From the NCBI GenBank assembly GCA_963802205.1, contig CAWDHW010000017.1, forward strand, positions 803-64,802: a DNA stretch of 64,000 nucleotides, written 5' to 3'. The stretch is from an uncultured Gammaproteobacteria bacterium. Its GTDB lineage: Bacteria > Pseudomonadota > Gammaproteobacteria > Chromatiales > Chromatiaceae. The notes under the pieces were generated by a model, which saw nothing but the letters and a program-made list of their open reading frames with translations, was not told the DNA's origin and did no database searches. The position numbers and the translations under genes are program-made. Positions 39,644 through 51,296 of the stretch are shown here, one piece after another. Positions within the stretch are counted from its first letter, which is position 1. Each line of letters opens with the position of its first letter.

Positions 39644-41998
39644 TTGGGCGGGCTGTTCGGCTGGCTGATCCGCTGGGGCCTGCTTCTGGGGCTGGTGGTG
39701 GGGCTCGGGCTGGTCCTCTACGGGACGCACCTCGATCGGGTGGTGCGTGTCAAGTTCGAGGGCAAGCGCTGGGCCCTGCCGGCCCGGGTCTATGCCCGGC
39801 CCCTGGAGCTCTATGTCGGGCGCAAACTGAGCGACGAAGTCCTCAAGGGCGAACTCGACCGTCTGGACTATCGCCCTCTGAACCCGCCGGCCAAGCCCGG
39901 GACCTATGCCCGGCAGGCAGGCCGCTTCCTCATCCACACCAGGCCCTTCCGCTTCTGGGACGGCGAGGAGCCGGAACGGACGCTGGAACTGGTTATCGCC
40001 GATGGGAAGATCCAATCCCTGACGGACGCTGGCGGCGGGCCGGCCCCGATCCTGCTGCGGCTGGACCCGGCCCTGGTCGCCAGCATCTATCCGGCCCACA
40101 ACGAGGACCGGGTGCTGTTGCGCCGCCAGGACATCCCCGATCTGCTGGTCAAGGCCCTGGTGGCGGTGGAGGACCGCAATTTCTTCGAGCACGCTGGGGT
40201 GGACCCCAAGGCTATCGGGCGGGCCATGCTCCAGAACGCCCGCGCCGGTTCCGTGGTGCAGGGCGGCAGCACCCTGACCCAGCAGTTGGTCAAGAATTTT
40301 TATCTCAGTCAGGAGCGCACGCTGGTGCGCAAGCTCAATGAGGCCCTGATGGCCGTCCTGCTGGACCTGCGCTACCCCAAGGACGCGATCCTCGAGGCCT
40401 ATGCCAACGAGATCTACCTCGGGCAGGACGGCAGTCGCGCCATCCATGGTTTCGGCCTGGCGAGTCAGTTCTACTTCGACCGCCCGGTGGACCAGCTCGG
40501 GGTCCCGGAGGTCGCCCTGCTCATTGCCCTGGTCAAAGGGCCTTCCTTGTATGACCCGCGGCGCCACCCGGAGCGCGCCCTGGAGCGGCGCAACCTGGTC
40601 ATCGACCTGATGCTTGAAGGTCAGGTGCTCACCGCCGAGCAGGCGGAGGCGGCCAAGCGCACCCCCCTGGGGGTGCGCGACGGCGGGGGACGGCCGAGCG
40701 GGGACTTCCCGTCCTTCCTGCAACTGGTGCGCCGCCAGTTGCAGCGCGACTACGCCGAGGCGGATCTGCAATCGGAGGGCCTGGGCATCTTCACCACCCT
40801 CGACCCCCTGGTGCAGGCCCAGGCCGAGAAGGCGGTGCGCGAGCGCCTGCCCAAGCTGGAGAAGTCCAAGGGGATGAAAGTCGGGACCCTCGAGTCGGCC
40901 GCGGTGGTCACCAGTGTCGCCGGGGGCGAGGTCCTGGCGGTGGTGGGTGGGCGCGAGGCCAGCTATGCCGGCTTCAATCGGGCCCTGGATGCAGACCGCT
41001 CCATCGGCTCCCTGATCAAGCCCGTGGTCTATCTCGCCGCCCTGTCCCAACCCGACCGCTATAGCCTCACCTCGGGGGTCGCCGATGCCCCGGTCAGCCT
41101 CAAGGTCGGCAATAGCTTCTGGCAGCCACACAACTATGACGGCAAGCCGCATGGCACAGTCCCGCTGTACAAGGCCCTGGCCAAGTCCTACAACCTGGCC
41201 ACGGTCAACGTCGGGCTCGCCGTCGGGGTCAAGCGGATTGCGGAGTTGCTGCAACAGCTCGGGGTGACGCGCAAGATCCAGGTGGTTCCGTCGCTCCTGC
41301 TCGGGGCCACCGCGCTGTCCCCGCTGGAGGTCGCCCAGGTCTATCAGACCATCGCCGCAGGGGGCTTCCGCGCGCCCCTGCGGGCCATCCGGGAGGTGAT
41401 CGATGCCAAGGGGCGTCCGCTGAACCGCTACCCGTTGGCCGTGGAGCAGGTCGCCCCGAGCAGCGCGGTCTTCCTCACCACCTGGGCCATGCAGCAGGTG
41501 GTCAAGCAGGGGACCGCCACGGCCCTGATGAAGGTCCTGCCGGCCGGGATGACGGTGGCGGGTAAGACCGGCACCACCGACGAGTTGCGCGACAGTTGGT
41601 TCGCCGGGTTTAGCGGCGACAAGGTCGCGGTGGTCTGGGTTGGGCGCGATGACAACAAACCCGCGGGATTCCCCGGCGGCGCCGGGGCCCTGCCGGTGTG
41701 GGGTGATATGATGGCCGTACTTGACAACCAGCCACTTGGGGACGTTCCCCCGGAGGGCGTGACCATGGGTGGCTGCGGCAACGGTGCCGTCCCGTACATC
41801 CGCGCCGGCGGTGGGCCGAACTGTGGGGGTGGTGGCGGGGGTGGTGGTGGCGGCGGCGGGGGGCGAGCCGGAGGCGATGCCGACGATGGCGATTCAGACC
41901 CGGACCCCGGTGCCAAACCTCAGCCGCATCACAGCGAACCCTCGCCCAAGTCGCCGACCCCGGGCCCAAAGGCCGGTGGCAATCCCTTCCTCGATTAG
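39644..41998 (+). CDS. mrcB: Penicillin-binding protein 1B
   Basis: TTG 39644. TM helix, UB2H-like segment, glycosyltransferase motifs (EDRNFFEHAGVD, GGSTLTQQL, RKLNEA) and transpeptidase motifs (SIGSLIKP, SYN, KTGTT). Ends in a Gly12/acidic/Pro-rich tail. Confidence 0.9.
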   Translation: MGGLFGWLIRWGLLLGLVVGLGLVLYGTHLDRVVRVKFEGKRWALPARVYARPLELYVGRKLSDEVLKGELDRLDYRPLNPPAKPGTYARQAGRFLIHTRPFRFWDGEEPERTLELVIADGKIQSLTDAGGGPAPILLRLDPALVASIYPAHNEDRVLLRRQDIPDLLVKALVAVEDRNFFEHAGVDPKAIGRAMLQNARAGSVVQGGSTLTQQLVKNFYLSQERTLVRKLNEALMAVLLDLRYPKDAILEAYANEIYLGQDGSRAIHGFGLASQFYFDRPVDQLGVPEVALLIALVKGPSLYDPRRHPERALERRNLVIDLMLEGQVLTAEQAEAAKRTPLGVRDGGGRPSGDFPSFLQLVRRQLQRDYAEADLQSEGLGIFTTLDPLVQAQAEKAVRERLPKLEKSKGMKVGTLESAAVVTSVAGGEVLAVVGGREASYAGFNRALDADRSIGSLIKPVVYLAALSQPDRYSLTSGVADAPVSLKVGNSFWQPHNYDGKPHGTVPLYKALAKSYNLATVNVGLAVGVKRIAELLQQLGVTRKIQVVPSLLLGATALSPLEVAQVYQTIAAGGFRAPLRAIREVIDAKGRPLNRYPLAVEQVAPSSAVFLTTWAMQQVVKQGTATALMKVLPAGMTVAGKTGTTDELRDSWFAGFSGDKVAVVWVGRDDNKPAGFPGGAGALPVWGDMMAVLDNQPLGDVPPEGVTMGGCGNGAVPYIRAGGGPNCGGGGGGGGGGGGGRAGGDADDGDSDPDPGAKPQPHHSEPSPKSPTPGPKAGGNPFLD

Positions 41999-42008
41999 TG
42001 CAGCCGTT

Positions 42009-42777
42009 ATGATCCAGAGACTCATTCTGCTCACCCTCGCCCTCACCGCCGGTCTGGCGGCCTGCGCCACACCGCAGCGTCAGGGGCCGCCGGCCCCGGT
42101 CGTGAATGCCAGCGAGCCCAAGCCCGTGTCGGCACCCGTGGTGGCGCCCGTGGTGGCTGCCCAAGCCCCCGGGCCCCAAGCCAGTGCAACTCTACGCCTA
42201 TCGCCCACCGAGCGAGGCGGCCAGGATTGCCGAGGCGCCGCCCCCCGAGGCATTGAACGCCGAGCCAAAGGGTGCGGCGGAAAGGGCTGGGGTCGCACCC
42301 AAGGCACCCGCACCGCAGGCGCCCAAGGTCCCGGTGCCCGTGGCCAAGACACCCGAGGTCAATTCAGGGACCGAGCCGGCCCGGGCGCCCCAGCCCAAGG
42401 CCCTGCCTGCGGCGCCCCCAGCCCCAGAGGTCGCCGAGGCCCCGGCCGTCGCGGCGCCGGGTACCCCGGTGGAAGTCCTGCGGTCTCAGGCCGAGCGGCA
42501 GCGCCAGGCAGCCGACTTTGCCGGCGCCGCGGCGACCCTCGAGCGCGCGGTGGGTCTCAAGCCGCAGGATGCCCAGTTGTGGAACCGCCTGGCCCGGGTG
42601 CGCATGGAGCAGGGACTGCACTCCCAGGCGGCCAACCTGGCGGCCAAGTCCAACACCCTGGCGGGCGATCAGCCAGCCCTGAAGCAGGACAATTGGTCCG
42701 TCATTGCCACTGCCCGGCGCCAGGCCGGAGACGCCGCCGGCGCCGCGGACGCGGAGCGCCGGGCCCGCGGGCCCTGA
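42009..42777 (+). pseudogene. Pro/Ala-rich TPR-like lipoprotein, one frameshift near 42170
   Basis: Frame 0 carries the lipobox (MIQRLILLTLALTAGLAAC...APVVAAQAPGP). Frame 1 (ORF 42106..42777) carries KPVQLYAYRPP...AATLERAVGLKPQDAQLWNRLARVRMEQGLHSQAANLAAKS. Length is 1 mod 3. Confidence 0.55.
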
Positions 42778-42786
42778 GGCGCGACG

Positions 42787-44791
42787 GTGACGGGTGGGGG
42801 CCAGGCCCCGGATCGGACCGGCCGCCACGACCCGGAGGTTGCCGATTTGTTTTCCCCCGACGGGCCCCTGGCGCGGGGCCTGTCCGGGTTCGGTTACCGC
42901 CCCCAGCAACAGGCCATGGCGGTGGCGGTGGCCGCGACCCTGGAAGCGGGTGGGACCTTGGTGTGCGAGGCCGGGACCGGGGTCGGCAAGACCTTCGGGT
43001 ATCTGGCCCCGGCCCTGCTCTCCGGGCGCAAGGTCTTGGTCTCCACCGGGACACGCAACCTTCAGGATCAGCTTTTTCACCGCGACCTCCCCCTGATGCG
43101 GGAGGTTCTGGGCATCCCAGCCCGCATCGCCCTGCTCAAGGGCCGCGCCAACTACCTGTGTCGTCAGCGCCTGGCCAACGCCTTGGACGATGAGGGCCGT
43201 CTCGATGCGCAACGCGATCCGGTCCTGCGGGTCCAGCTCAACCGGGTGCGCGATTGGGGTGCTACGACCCGCAGCGGCGATATTGCCGAGCTGCCGATGC
43301 CCGACGATGCGGCCGTCTGGCCCCTGGTCACCTCCACCAGCGATAACTGCCTGGGGCAGGACTGCCCGGAGTGGGACCAGTGTCTCTTGCTCAAGGCACG
43401 CCGCAAGGCACAGGAGGCGGACCTGGTGGTGGTCAATCATCACCTGCTGTGCGCCGATCTCGCGCTGAAGGACCAGGGGTTCGGCGAGGTCCTGCCCGGG
43501 GCGGATGCCTTCATCATCGACGAGGCGCACCAACTGCCCGAGGTCGCCGGGGCCTTCTTTGGAACTTCGCTGGGGTCGCGCCAGCTCTCGGATCTGGTGC
43601 GGGACCTGGAGCTTGAGTTCCGCCGCGAGGCCCGCGACATGCCGGAGTTGCCGCGCCTGGCCGCGGCCCTGCGCCATGCCGTCGCCGAACTGCGTCTGAC
43701 CCTGGGTGAGGCGGATCGGCGCGGCCCCTGGCGGGAACTGACCGAACGCCCGGCGGCGGTCGCTGCCCTGGGGGACCTTGGCGCCCGCCTTGCGGCCCTG
43801 GAGTCGGCCCTGGACCTGATCCGCGGGCGCGGCAAGGGGCTGGACGCCTGCCTGGCGCGCTGCACCGAGTGCGGGGAGCGCCTCGATGAGCTCACCGGAC
43901 CCGAGGCGGCGGAGGCAATCCGCTGGTTCGAGACCCTGGGGCGGGGCTTTCGCCTGCACCGCACCCCGCTGGAGGTGGCCGGGGTCTTTCAGGCCTATAT
44001 GCAGCGCCATCGCTCGGCCTGGGTCTTTACCTCGGCGACCCTGGCTGTGGGGGAGGGGTTCGACCACTTCAACGGCCAGATCGGGCTGGCGGACCCCCAT
44101 TGCGCACGCTGGGAGAGCCCCTTCGACTATCCCCATCAGGCGCTTTGGTTTGTCCCGAGGGGGATGCCGGACCCCTCAGACCCGGTCTATACGCAACGGG
44201 TGGCGGAGTTGGCGGAGGAGATTCTGGGGTTGAGCCGCGGGCGGGCCTTCCTGCTCTTTACCAGTCACCGCGCCCTACGCGAGACCGCCGCCTGGCTCGG
44301 TCCGCGTCTGGCCTACCCGTTGCTGGTGCAGGGCAGTGCTCCCCGCGGTGAGTTGCTGGAGCGCTTCCGGCGCCTGGGCGATGCCGTGCTGCTTGGTACG
44401 GCGAGCTTCTGGGAGGGCGTGGACGTGCGCGGGGAGGCACTTTCCTGTGTCATCATCGACAAGCTGCCCGTTCGCCTCCCCGGGCGATCCGGTCCTCCAG
44501 GCCCGCATCGATGCCTTGCGCCGTGCCGGGGGCAATCCTTTCCACGATTTCCAGTTGCCCCAGGCGGTCATAGCCCTCAAGCAGGGGGCGGGTCGGTTGA
44601 TCCGCGATGCCCAGGATCGCGGCGTCCTGGTGGTGTGCGACCCCCGGCTCCTGTCCCGTCCCTATGGGCATGCCTTTCTCGACAGCCTGCCGCCCATGGC
44701 CAGGACCCGCGACATCGCCGATGTGGAGCGTTTCTTCGGGCCCGGCGAGGGCGAGGGTGATGCAGCGCGGCAGATGTCGTCATCCGGGTGA
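42787..44791 (+). pseudogene. ATP-dependent DNA helicase, DinG/YoaA family, one frameshift near 44470
   Basis: EAGTGVGKT (Walker A), Fe-S Cys cluster (C..C..C..C around NYLCRQR/DNCLGQDCPEWDQC) and DEAH (IIDEAHQL). The C-terminus VIIDKLPFASPGDPVLQARIDAL...GRLIRD is in ORF 44336..44791, across an extra c in ctgcccgttc. Length is 1 mod 3. Confidence 0.85.
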
Positions 44792-45089
44792 CCGCGCCTG
44801 TGTCGGGACAATCTCGGGCCAATATCGGCCAGCGGCGATCAGTGGCTCTTGCAGGGCTGCGTTGCAGCCCTGCAACATTTCATGTGCTGGCGAACAGCCA
44901 ATTGTGCTGGAGTCAGGAGCCGGTTTCCCAACAACAAAGTGGCCGGGTCCTGTTCCCGCCGGAGGATTTCTTGGAGCCGATACAGACTGTGGCCCCGAAT
45001 CGGTTGCCGAGGGCGATGCGGCCGGAGCAGGGGCGCGATGGGATAGCCTACGGTGTGCAGGGGTACGGCAGGTCCGCCCCAGGCTCCCC

Positions 45090-45767
45090 ATGAAACTCCT
45101 GGCCATCGACACCTCCGGCGAGACCTGCTCCGCCGCCCTCCTTTACGGGGACGATCTCAGGCAATTGCTGGAATTCGCACCGCGCCGTCATGGCGAGCTC
45201 ATCCTGGATATGATGAACCGGCTCCTGGCGGACGCCGGGCTCAACCTTGGCGCCCTCGATGCCCTGGCCTTCGGGCGCGGCCCGGGGTCCTTCACCGGGG
45301 TTCGTATCGCCACGGCTGTGGTGCAGGGGGCGGCCTTCGGGGCCGGACTCGGGGTGGTTGGGGTTTCGACCCTGGCGGCCCTGGCCCAGGGGCATTATCG
45401 GGACAGCGGTCACCTCCGCGTCCTGTCGGCGCTGGACGCGCGCATGGGCGAGGTCTACTGGGGGGCCTATGAGGTCTCCGACGAGGGCCTTGCGGAGCCA
45501 CTGGGGCAAGAACTTGTGGTCCCGCCTCAGGCGGTGGAGGCGCCCGCCGGCGGCAGTTGGCACGGGGTGGGGAGTGGGTTCGCGGCCTATGCGGAGGATC
45601 TGAGGCTCGCCCTCGGGGCGTCATTGGTGGCGGTGGTCCCGGAGCGGGTCTGCGAGGCGAGGGACATCGCCGTGCTTGCACAAGATGCGTGGCGGCGCGG
45701 GCTGGCGGTGGCCCCGGAACTGGCCCTGCCGGTCTATCTGCGGGATCGAGTCACGCTCAGCCCATGA
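45090..45767 (+). CDS. tsaB: tRNA t6A biosynthesis protein TsaB
   Basis: ATG 45090. MKLLAIDTSGETCSAAL...FGRGPGSFTGVRIATAVVQG is the TsaB/YeaZ signature. Confidence 0.9.
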   Translation: MKLLAIDTSGETCSAALLYGDDLRQLLEFAPRRHGELILDMMNRLLADAGLNLGALDALAFGRGPGSFTGVRIATAVVQGAAFGAGLGVVGVSTLAALAQGHYRDSGHLRVLSALDARMGEVYWGAYEVSDEGLAEPLGQELVVPPQAVEAPAGGSWHGVGSGFAAYAEDLRLALGASLVAVVPERVCEARDIAVLAQDAWRRGLAVAPELALPVYLRDRVTLSP

Positions 45768-45871
45768 ATACGATAAGAACCAGGTGTCTGCAAACACAGG
45801 CGCATGGCGACTAGGCTGGGCGTCTGACCAGGGGTCGCCATCAAACGGAGTGCCCGGATTCCGCCCGGGCC

Positions 45872-46207
45872 TCAGCCTAGGGTGCCGTGGTGGTGGTGAT
45901 CGGTGCCGGCGGGGTCGTGTCGGCAGTGGCGCCGCATGCAGCCAAGGACGTAGTGCACCAGGGTGGCACTCACGATGACAAAGACCAGGGCCGTGCCGAT
46001 GGCGCCCTCCGTCGGGTCGGCCCCGGCAAACCCGAACATGAGCCAGGTGAGGAAGGCGACGATGGCGGCGATGAACAGGGCCATGACGAAGGGCCAGGGC
46101 GATTGAGTGCAATGCGGACAGAGCTTCATGGATGCATGTCCCAGGTTCTGGTTGTTGAGCTGTGAGCCCCGGGGTTTGTGATGTCTTGCCGCTTTGATTC
46201 GCTCCAT
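45872..46207 (-). CDS. Small membrane protein with CPHC and C-terminal His-rich motifs
   Basis: The ORF has two predicted TM helices (FVMALFIAAIVAFLTWLMFGF and AIGTALVFVIVSATLVHYVL), an N-terminal CPHC and a C-terminal CMRRHCRHDPAGTDHHHHG. An alternative start is ATG 46129 (MKLCPHC). No family recognised. Confidence 0.45.
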   Translation of the reverse strand: MERIKAARHHKPRGSQLNNQNLGHASMKLCPHCTQSPWPFVMALFIAAIVAFLTWLMFGFAGADPTEGAIGTALVFVIVSATLVHYVLGCMRRHCRHDPAGTDHHHHGTLG

Positions 46208-46451
46208 CCGCGGGGGTGGGCGGTGTGCAGGCGGTGCGGTAGGGCCGAGGTGCGACCTCCCCGGTCATTTTGCTAATAATAGTCCCAGCCAGGCCGCCGC
46301 GGGCAGGGCATTTTTGCCCAGGCCGGCGGTTGGGATAGCGGGCGCGGCCATAGCCACCGGAAAGCCCGTTTAGAGTCGGGCCCGCGCCTGACCCCGGGCC
46401 ATTTTCTAGGCTAGCATAGGCACCCCTTCAGTAACCCTCAGGAGTTCGACC

Positions 46452-47357
46452 ATGCCCGCAGCCGCAGACCTCAACCAGCGCTTCGCCCGTCCCGGCGAGG
46501 TAGAATTCAAGGTGGCGGGCCACGGCGCCCTGGTGGCGGAGCTGACCCACGCCCAGGGCCAGGCGTCCATCGCCTTGCAAGGGGCCCAGGTTCTGACCTG
46601 GATCCCCAAGGGCCAGGCCCCGGTGGTCTGGCTGTCGAGCGATGCGCGCTTCCAGGCGAGCAAGTCCCTGCGCGGCGGGGCTCCGGTGTGCTGGCCTTGG
46701 TTCGGCGCCCACAGCCAGGACCCGTCCAAGCCCGCCCACGGCTTTGCCCGCAACCTCGACTGGGAGGTCCTGGAGACCTCCGCGACCCAGGCCGGGACCC
46801 GCATCGTGCTCGGTTTCACCCCCGGCCAGGCCCAGCACGCCCTATGGCCCCACCAGGCCAGCCTGACCCTGGCGGTGACCCTGGGCGAGACCCTGAGCCT
46901 GGTCCTGACCACCCGCAATACCGGGGCCGAGCCCATCACCATCACCCAGGCCCTGCACACCTATTTCCACGTCGGCGACATCGCAGGCGCCCGGGTGGAG
47001 GGGCTCTCCGGGTGCGAGTACATCGACAAGGCCGTCAGCGGCGACCCTTGCATCCGCCAGGAGGGTCCCATCGCCATCGACCGCGAGGTCAACCGCATCT
47101 ACCTGGGCTGCCCCGGGTCCGTGGCCATCGTCGATGAGTCCCTCAAGCGCCGCATTCGCATCGACAAGTCCGGCAGCGCGAGCTATGTGGTCTGGAACCC
47201 CTGGGCGGAGACCGGGGCCAAATTCGGCGACATGGGCCAGGACGGCTACCGCCAGATGCTCTGTGTGGAGACCACCAACGCCTGGACCGACACCGTCACC
47301 ATCCCCGCGGGCAAGGACTATGCGCTGACCTCGGAGTATCGGGTCGAGGCCCTCTAG
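46452..47357 (+). CDS. D-hexose-6-phosphate mutarotase (aldose 1-epimerase family, YeaD-like)
   Basis: GGAPVCWPWFG, HGFAR and ALHTYF motifs, followed by a ..VVWNPW.. segment. Confidence 0.85.
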   Translation: MPAAADLNQRFARPGEVEFKVAGHGALVAELTHAQGQASIALQGAQVLTWIPKGQAPVVWLSSDARFQASKSLRGGAPVCWPWFGAHSQDPSKPAHGFARNLDWEVLETSATQAGTRIVLGFTPGQAQHALWPHQASLTLAVTLGETLSLVLTTRNTGAEPITITQALHTYFHVGDIAGARVEGLSGCEYIDKAVSGDPCIRQEGPIAIDREVNRIYLGCPGSVAIVDESLKRRIRIDKSGSASYVVWNPWAETGAKFGDMGQDGYRQMLCVETTNAWTDTVTIPAGKDYALTSEYRVEAL

Positions 47358-47474
47358 GACCCTGGGGGCGCCGCCCGAGCAGGGGAGTGCTCCTACGCCC
47401 CTGCACTACCCACCATCCCTGGCGGTCGCGGCGAGGCGGCGCTCCCTCAAGTTGGAGACTGGGCAGGAATTCGT

Positions 47475-47562
47475 TGTAGGTCGGGCCGAGGAACGAGGCC
47501 CAACGACAAGGCCAATGTAACCCTCTGATTGTTTGGTCTCCTGCGTCGGCCAAACCTACGGG
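47475..47562. repeat. Degenerate inverted pair of REP-like elements
   Basis: tgtaggtcgggccgaggaacgaggcccaac (47475-47504) and tcggccaaacctac (reverse orientation, about 47547-47560) share the TGTAGGTCGG head found at 50311 and 58595. Confidence 0.3.
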
Positions 47563-47660
47563 AAACCGCGAGTTCGCCCGTCAAAGACGAGTATTTTCAC
47601 AACCTCTGAGGCGTCGCCTCGCTGGCCAAGCCAGCACAGTGCGCCTAGCGGGCTCACCGG

Positions 47661-48218
47661 ATGAGCCAGCCCCCGTTAGACTCCGGCATCAGTCCCCATC
47701 CATCGAGGTCCAGATCCCACGTGATCGAACGTATCTTGTACGTCCTCAGTGCCCGGCTTCCCTGCCGACTCATCGACGGTGAGCAGGGCGAGCCCTACCT
47801 GGAGCGCTACTATCTCTTCGGCGTCCTCGGCTGGCATGCCTACCTCCATCGTTTCGTGGATTCCGACCCGGATCGCGGCCTGCATGACCACCCCTGGGGG
47901 CGGGCGCTGAGCCTGGTCCTGTCCGGGGGCTACGACGAGGTCCGCCCCTGCGCCGGGGACCCGGGTCAGACCTGCACCCGGTCCCTGCGCCCTGGCCGCC
48001 TCAATCGGCTGCGTGGCAGCGACTTCCACCGTGTCGTCCTGCGCCAGGGCCGCCCGGCCTGGACCCTGTTCCTGCACGGCCCCAGGGTCAAGGGGTGGGG
48101 CTTCGTCCAGCACGGCGAGTACCGCGCCATGGCCAGGGACGGCGGGGAGTTCCGCCATCGCGACTGGTGGAAGCAGGCCCCCAAGGGGAGGGAGGCGCGG
48201 GCGCAACGGCCCCTTTGA
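47661..48218 (+). CDS. Conserved hypothetical protein (LHDHPW motif)
   Basis: 185-aa ORF containing YLERYYLF...YLHRFVDSDPDRGLHDHPWGRALSLVLSGGY...FHRV...WTLFLHGPR. It resembles a widespread uncharacterised family; the name is not recalled with certainty. Confidence 0.55.
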   Translation: MSQPPLDSGISPHPSRSRSHVIERILYVLSARLPCRLIDGEQGEPYLERYYLFGVLGWHAYLHRFVDSDPDRGLHDHPWGRALSLVLSGGYDEVRPCAGDPGQTCTRSLRPGRLNRLRGSDFHRVVLRQGRPAWTLFLHGPRVKGWGFVQHGEYRAMARDGGEFRHRDWWKQAPKGREARAQRPL

Positions 48219-48228
48219 CCTGAATCAA
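48215..48228. promoter_or_regulatory. FNR/DNR-type box upstream of norC
   Basis: TTGAC-ctga-ATCAA has one mismatch to TTGAT-N4-ATCAA. Its centre lies about 70 nt upstream of norC ATG 48292. Confidence 0.5.
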
Positions 48229-48291
48229 GGCCGGCGTCGGGCCCGCAATCTGTAATGCCGCCGCGCATTCACAGCCCGAGGACGTCTATCT

Positions 48292-50164
<1,873 letters not shown>

Positions 50165-50173
50165 GCCCCAATT

Positions 50174-50199
50174 GCGGCCGGCCCTCCCGGGCCGGCCGC
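50174..50199 (+). terminator. Strong GC hairpin after norB
   Basis: gcggccggccc-tccc-gggccggccgc is an 11-bp perfect stem starting 10 nt after the norB stop. No T-tract. Confidence 0.45.
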
Positions 50200-50310
50200 G
50201 GGTGCGGTGGGTCGCCCTGGCCTGCCGCATCCAACCCCCGGCGTTGTGTCGTGGGCCGTCGTCGGATCGTATTCCCGCTCTATTTTCCCTTTGGCTCTGT
50301 CTGCGTTGGG

Positions 50311-50386
50311 TGTAGGTCGGACTTTAGTCCGACCGGGCATCGCCGTATCCACCGAACACCACCGTCGGGCTGAAGCCCGACCTACA
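50311..50386. repeat. Inverted pair of REP-like palindromic elements
   Basis: tgtaggtcggactttagtccgacc (50311-50334) and gtcgggctgaagcccgacctaca (50364-50386, opposite orientation). The same unit occurs at 58595-58618. Confidence 0.7.
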
Positions 50387-50492
50387 CCTCCGGGGCGGCC
50401 TGCGGCGCAAGGGCCCAACACCAAACGCAGACATAGCCTTCCCTTTTCCCTTCTGCCGTGGTCGGCCGGATTGCGTTGGCGGCCTGGCCGAT

Positions 50493-51296
50493 TCACTTGA
50501 CCAGGCGCTCCGCCAGGTGCTCCGGTATGTCGATGGCGCCGGCAAAGTCTGCTCCCTGGACCTGGGCATTGGGGAAGCGCGCGTCGGTCAGGCGGGCGCC
50601 GCGAAAGCTGGACCCGGCGAGGTGGGCGCCATTGAGGAGGGAACCACCGAGGTCTGCCCCGGAGAGGTCGGCCCCCTCCAGGGCGGCACCGGTCAGGACC
50701 ACCTGGCGCAGGCTTGCCCCGGTCAGCCGGCTGTCGATGAGGACGCCCCGGAAGATGAAGGCGCGGTCCAGGTGGCTGCCGGTGAAGTCCGCCCCCTCGG
50801 CCAGCAGGTCCTTCATGTGGGCCTCCGAGAAGTCAGCCCCCCGGGCGCGGGTCTCGATGAGATTGGCGCCGAAGAGGTTGGCCTTGGCGAACTGAGCGCC
50901 GTCGACGAGGGCGCGGTCCAGGGTGGCGTGGAAGAGGTTGGCCCCCTGCAGGGCGGCGCCGCTGAGGTCGGCCTCGGCGAGGTTCGCCCACTGGAGGTTG
51001 GCGCCCTGGGCCCTGGCCCCCACCAGCCTGGCCCCGGAGAGGTTGGCGTTCTCCAGCCGGACCCCGTCCAGTTGGGTGCCGCTGAGGTCGAGCCCTGCCA
51101 GAGTGGCTCCGGCAAGGTCACAATGGCGCAGATCCGTGCGCGCGCGCGGGGTGGCGCAGTCCCCCTGGGGCAGGGTCTCTTCCGGGTGGGCGGGTGTGGC
51201 CATGGCCAGGCTGAGGACCATGAAGGCCGCGGTTTGGGTGCGCGACGGGGGAGGGGGCGGCGTCATGATCAGTCTCCAGGGGGTGGCCTCAGTCAT
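50493..51296 (-). CDS. Pentapeptide-repeat protein with signal peptide
   Basis: After a signal-like N-terminus, about 40 tandem A(D/N)LxG-type pentapeptides (ADLSGAALQGANLFHATLDRA...ANLFGANLIETRARGADFSEAHM...). Confidence 0.85.
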   Translation of the reverse strand: MTEATPWRLIMTPPPPPSRTQTAAFMVLSLAMATPAHPEETLPQGDCATPRARTDLRHCDLAGATLAGLDLSGTQLDGVRLENANLSGARLVGARAQGANLQWANLAEADLSGAALQGANLFHATLDRALVDGAQFAKANLFGANLIETRARGADFSEAHMKDLLAEGADFTGSHLDRAFIFRGVLIDSRLTGASLRQVVLTGAALEGADLSGADLGGSLLNGAHLAGSSFRGARLTDARFPNAQVQGADFAGAIDIPEHLAERLVK

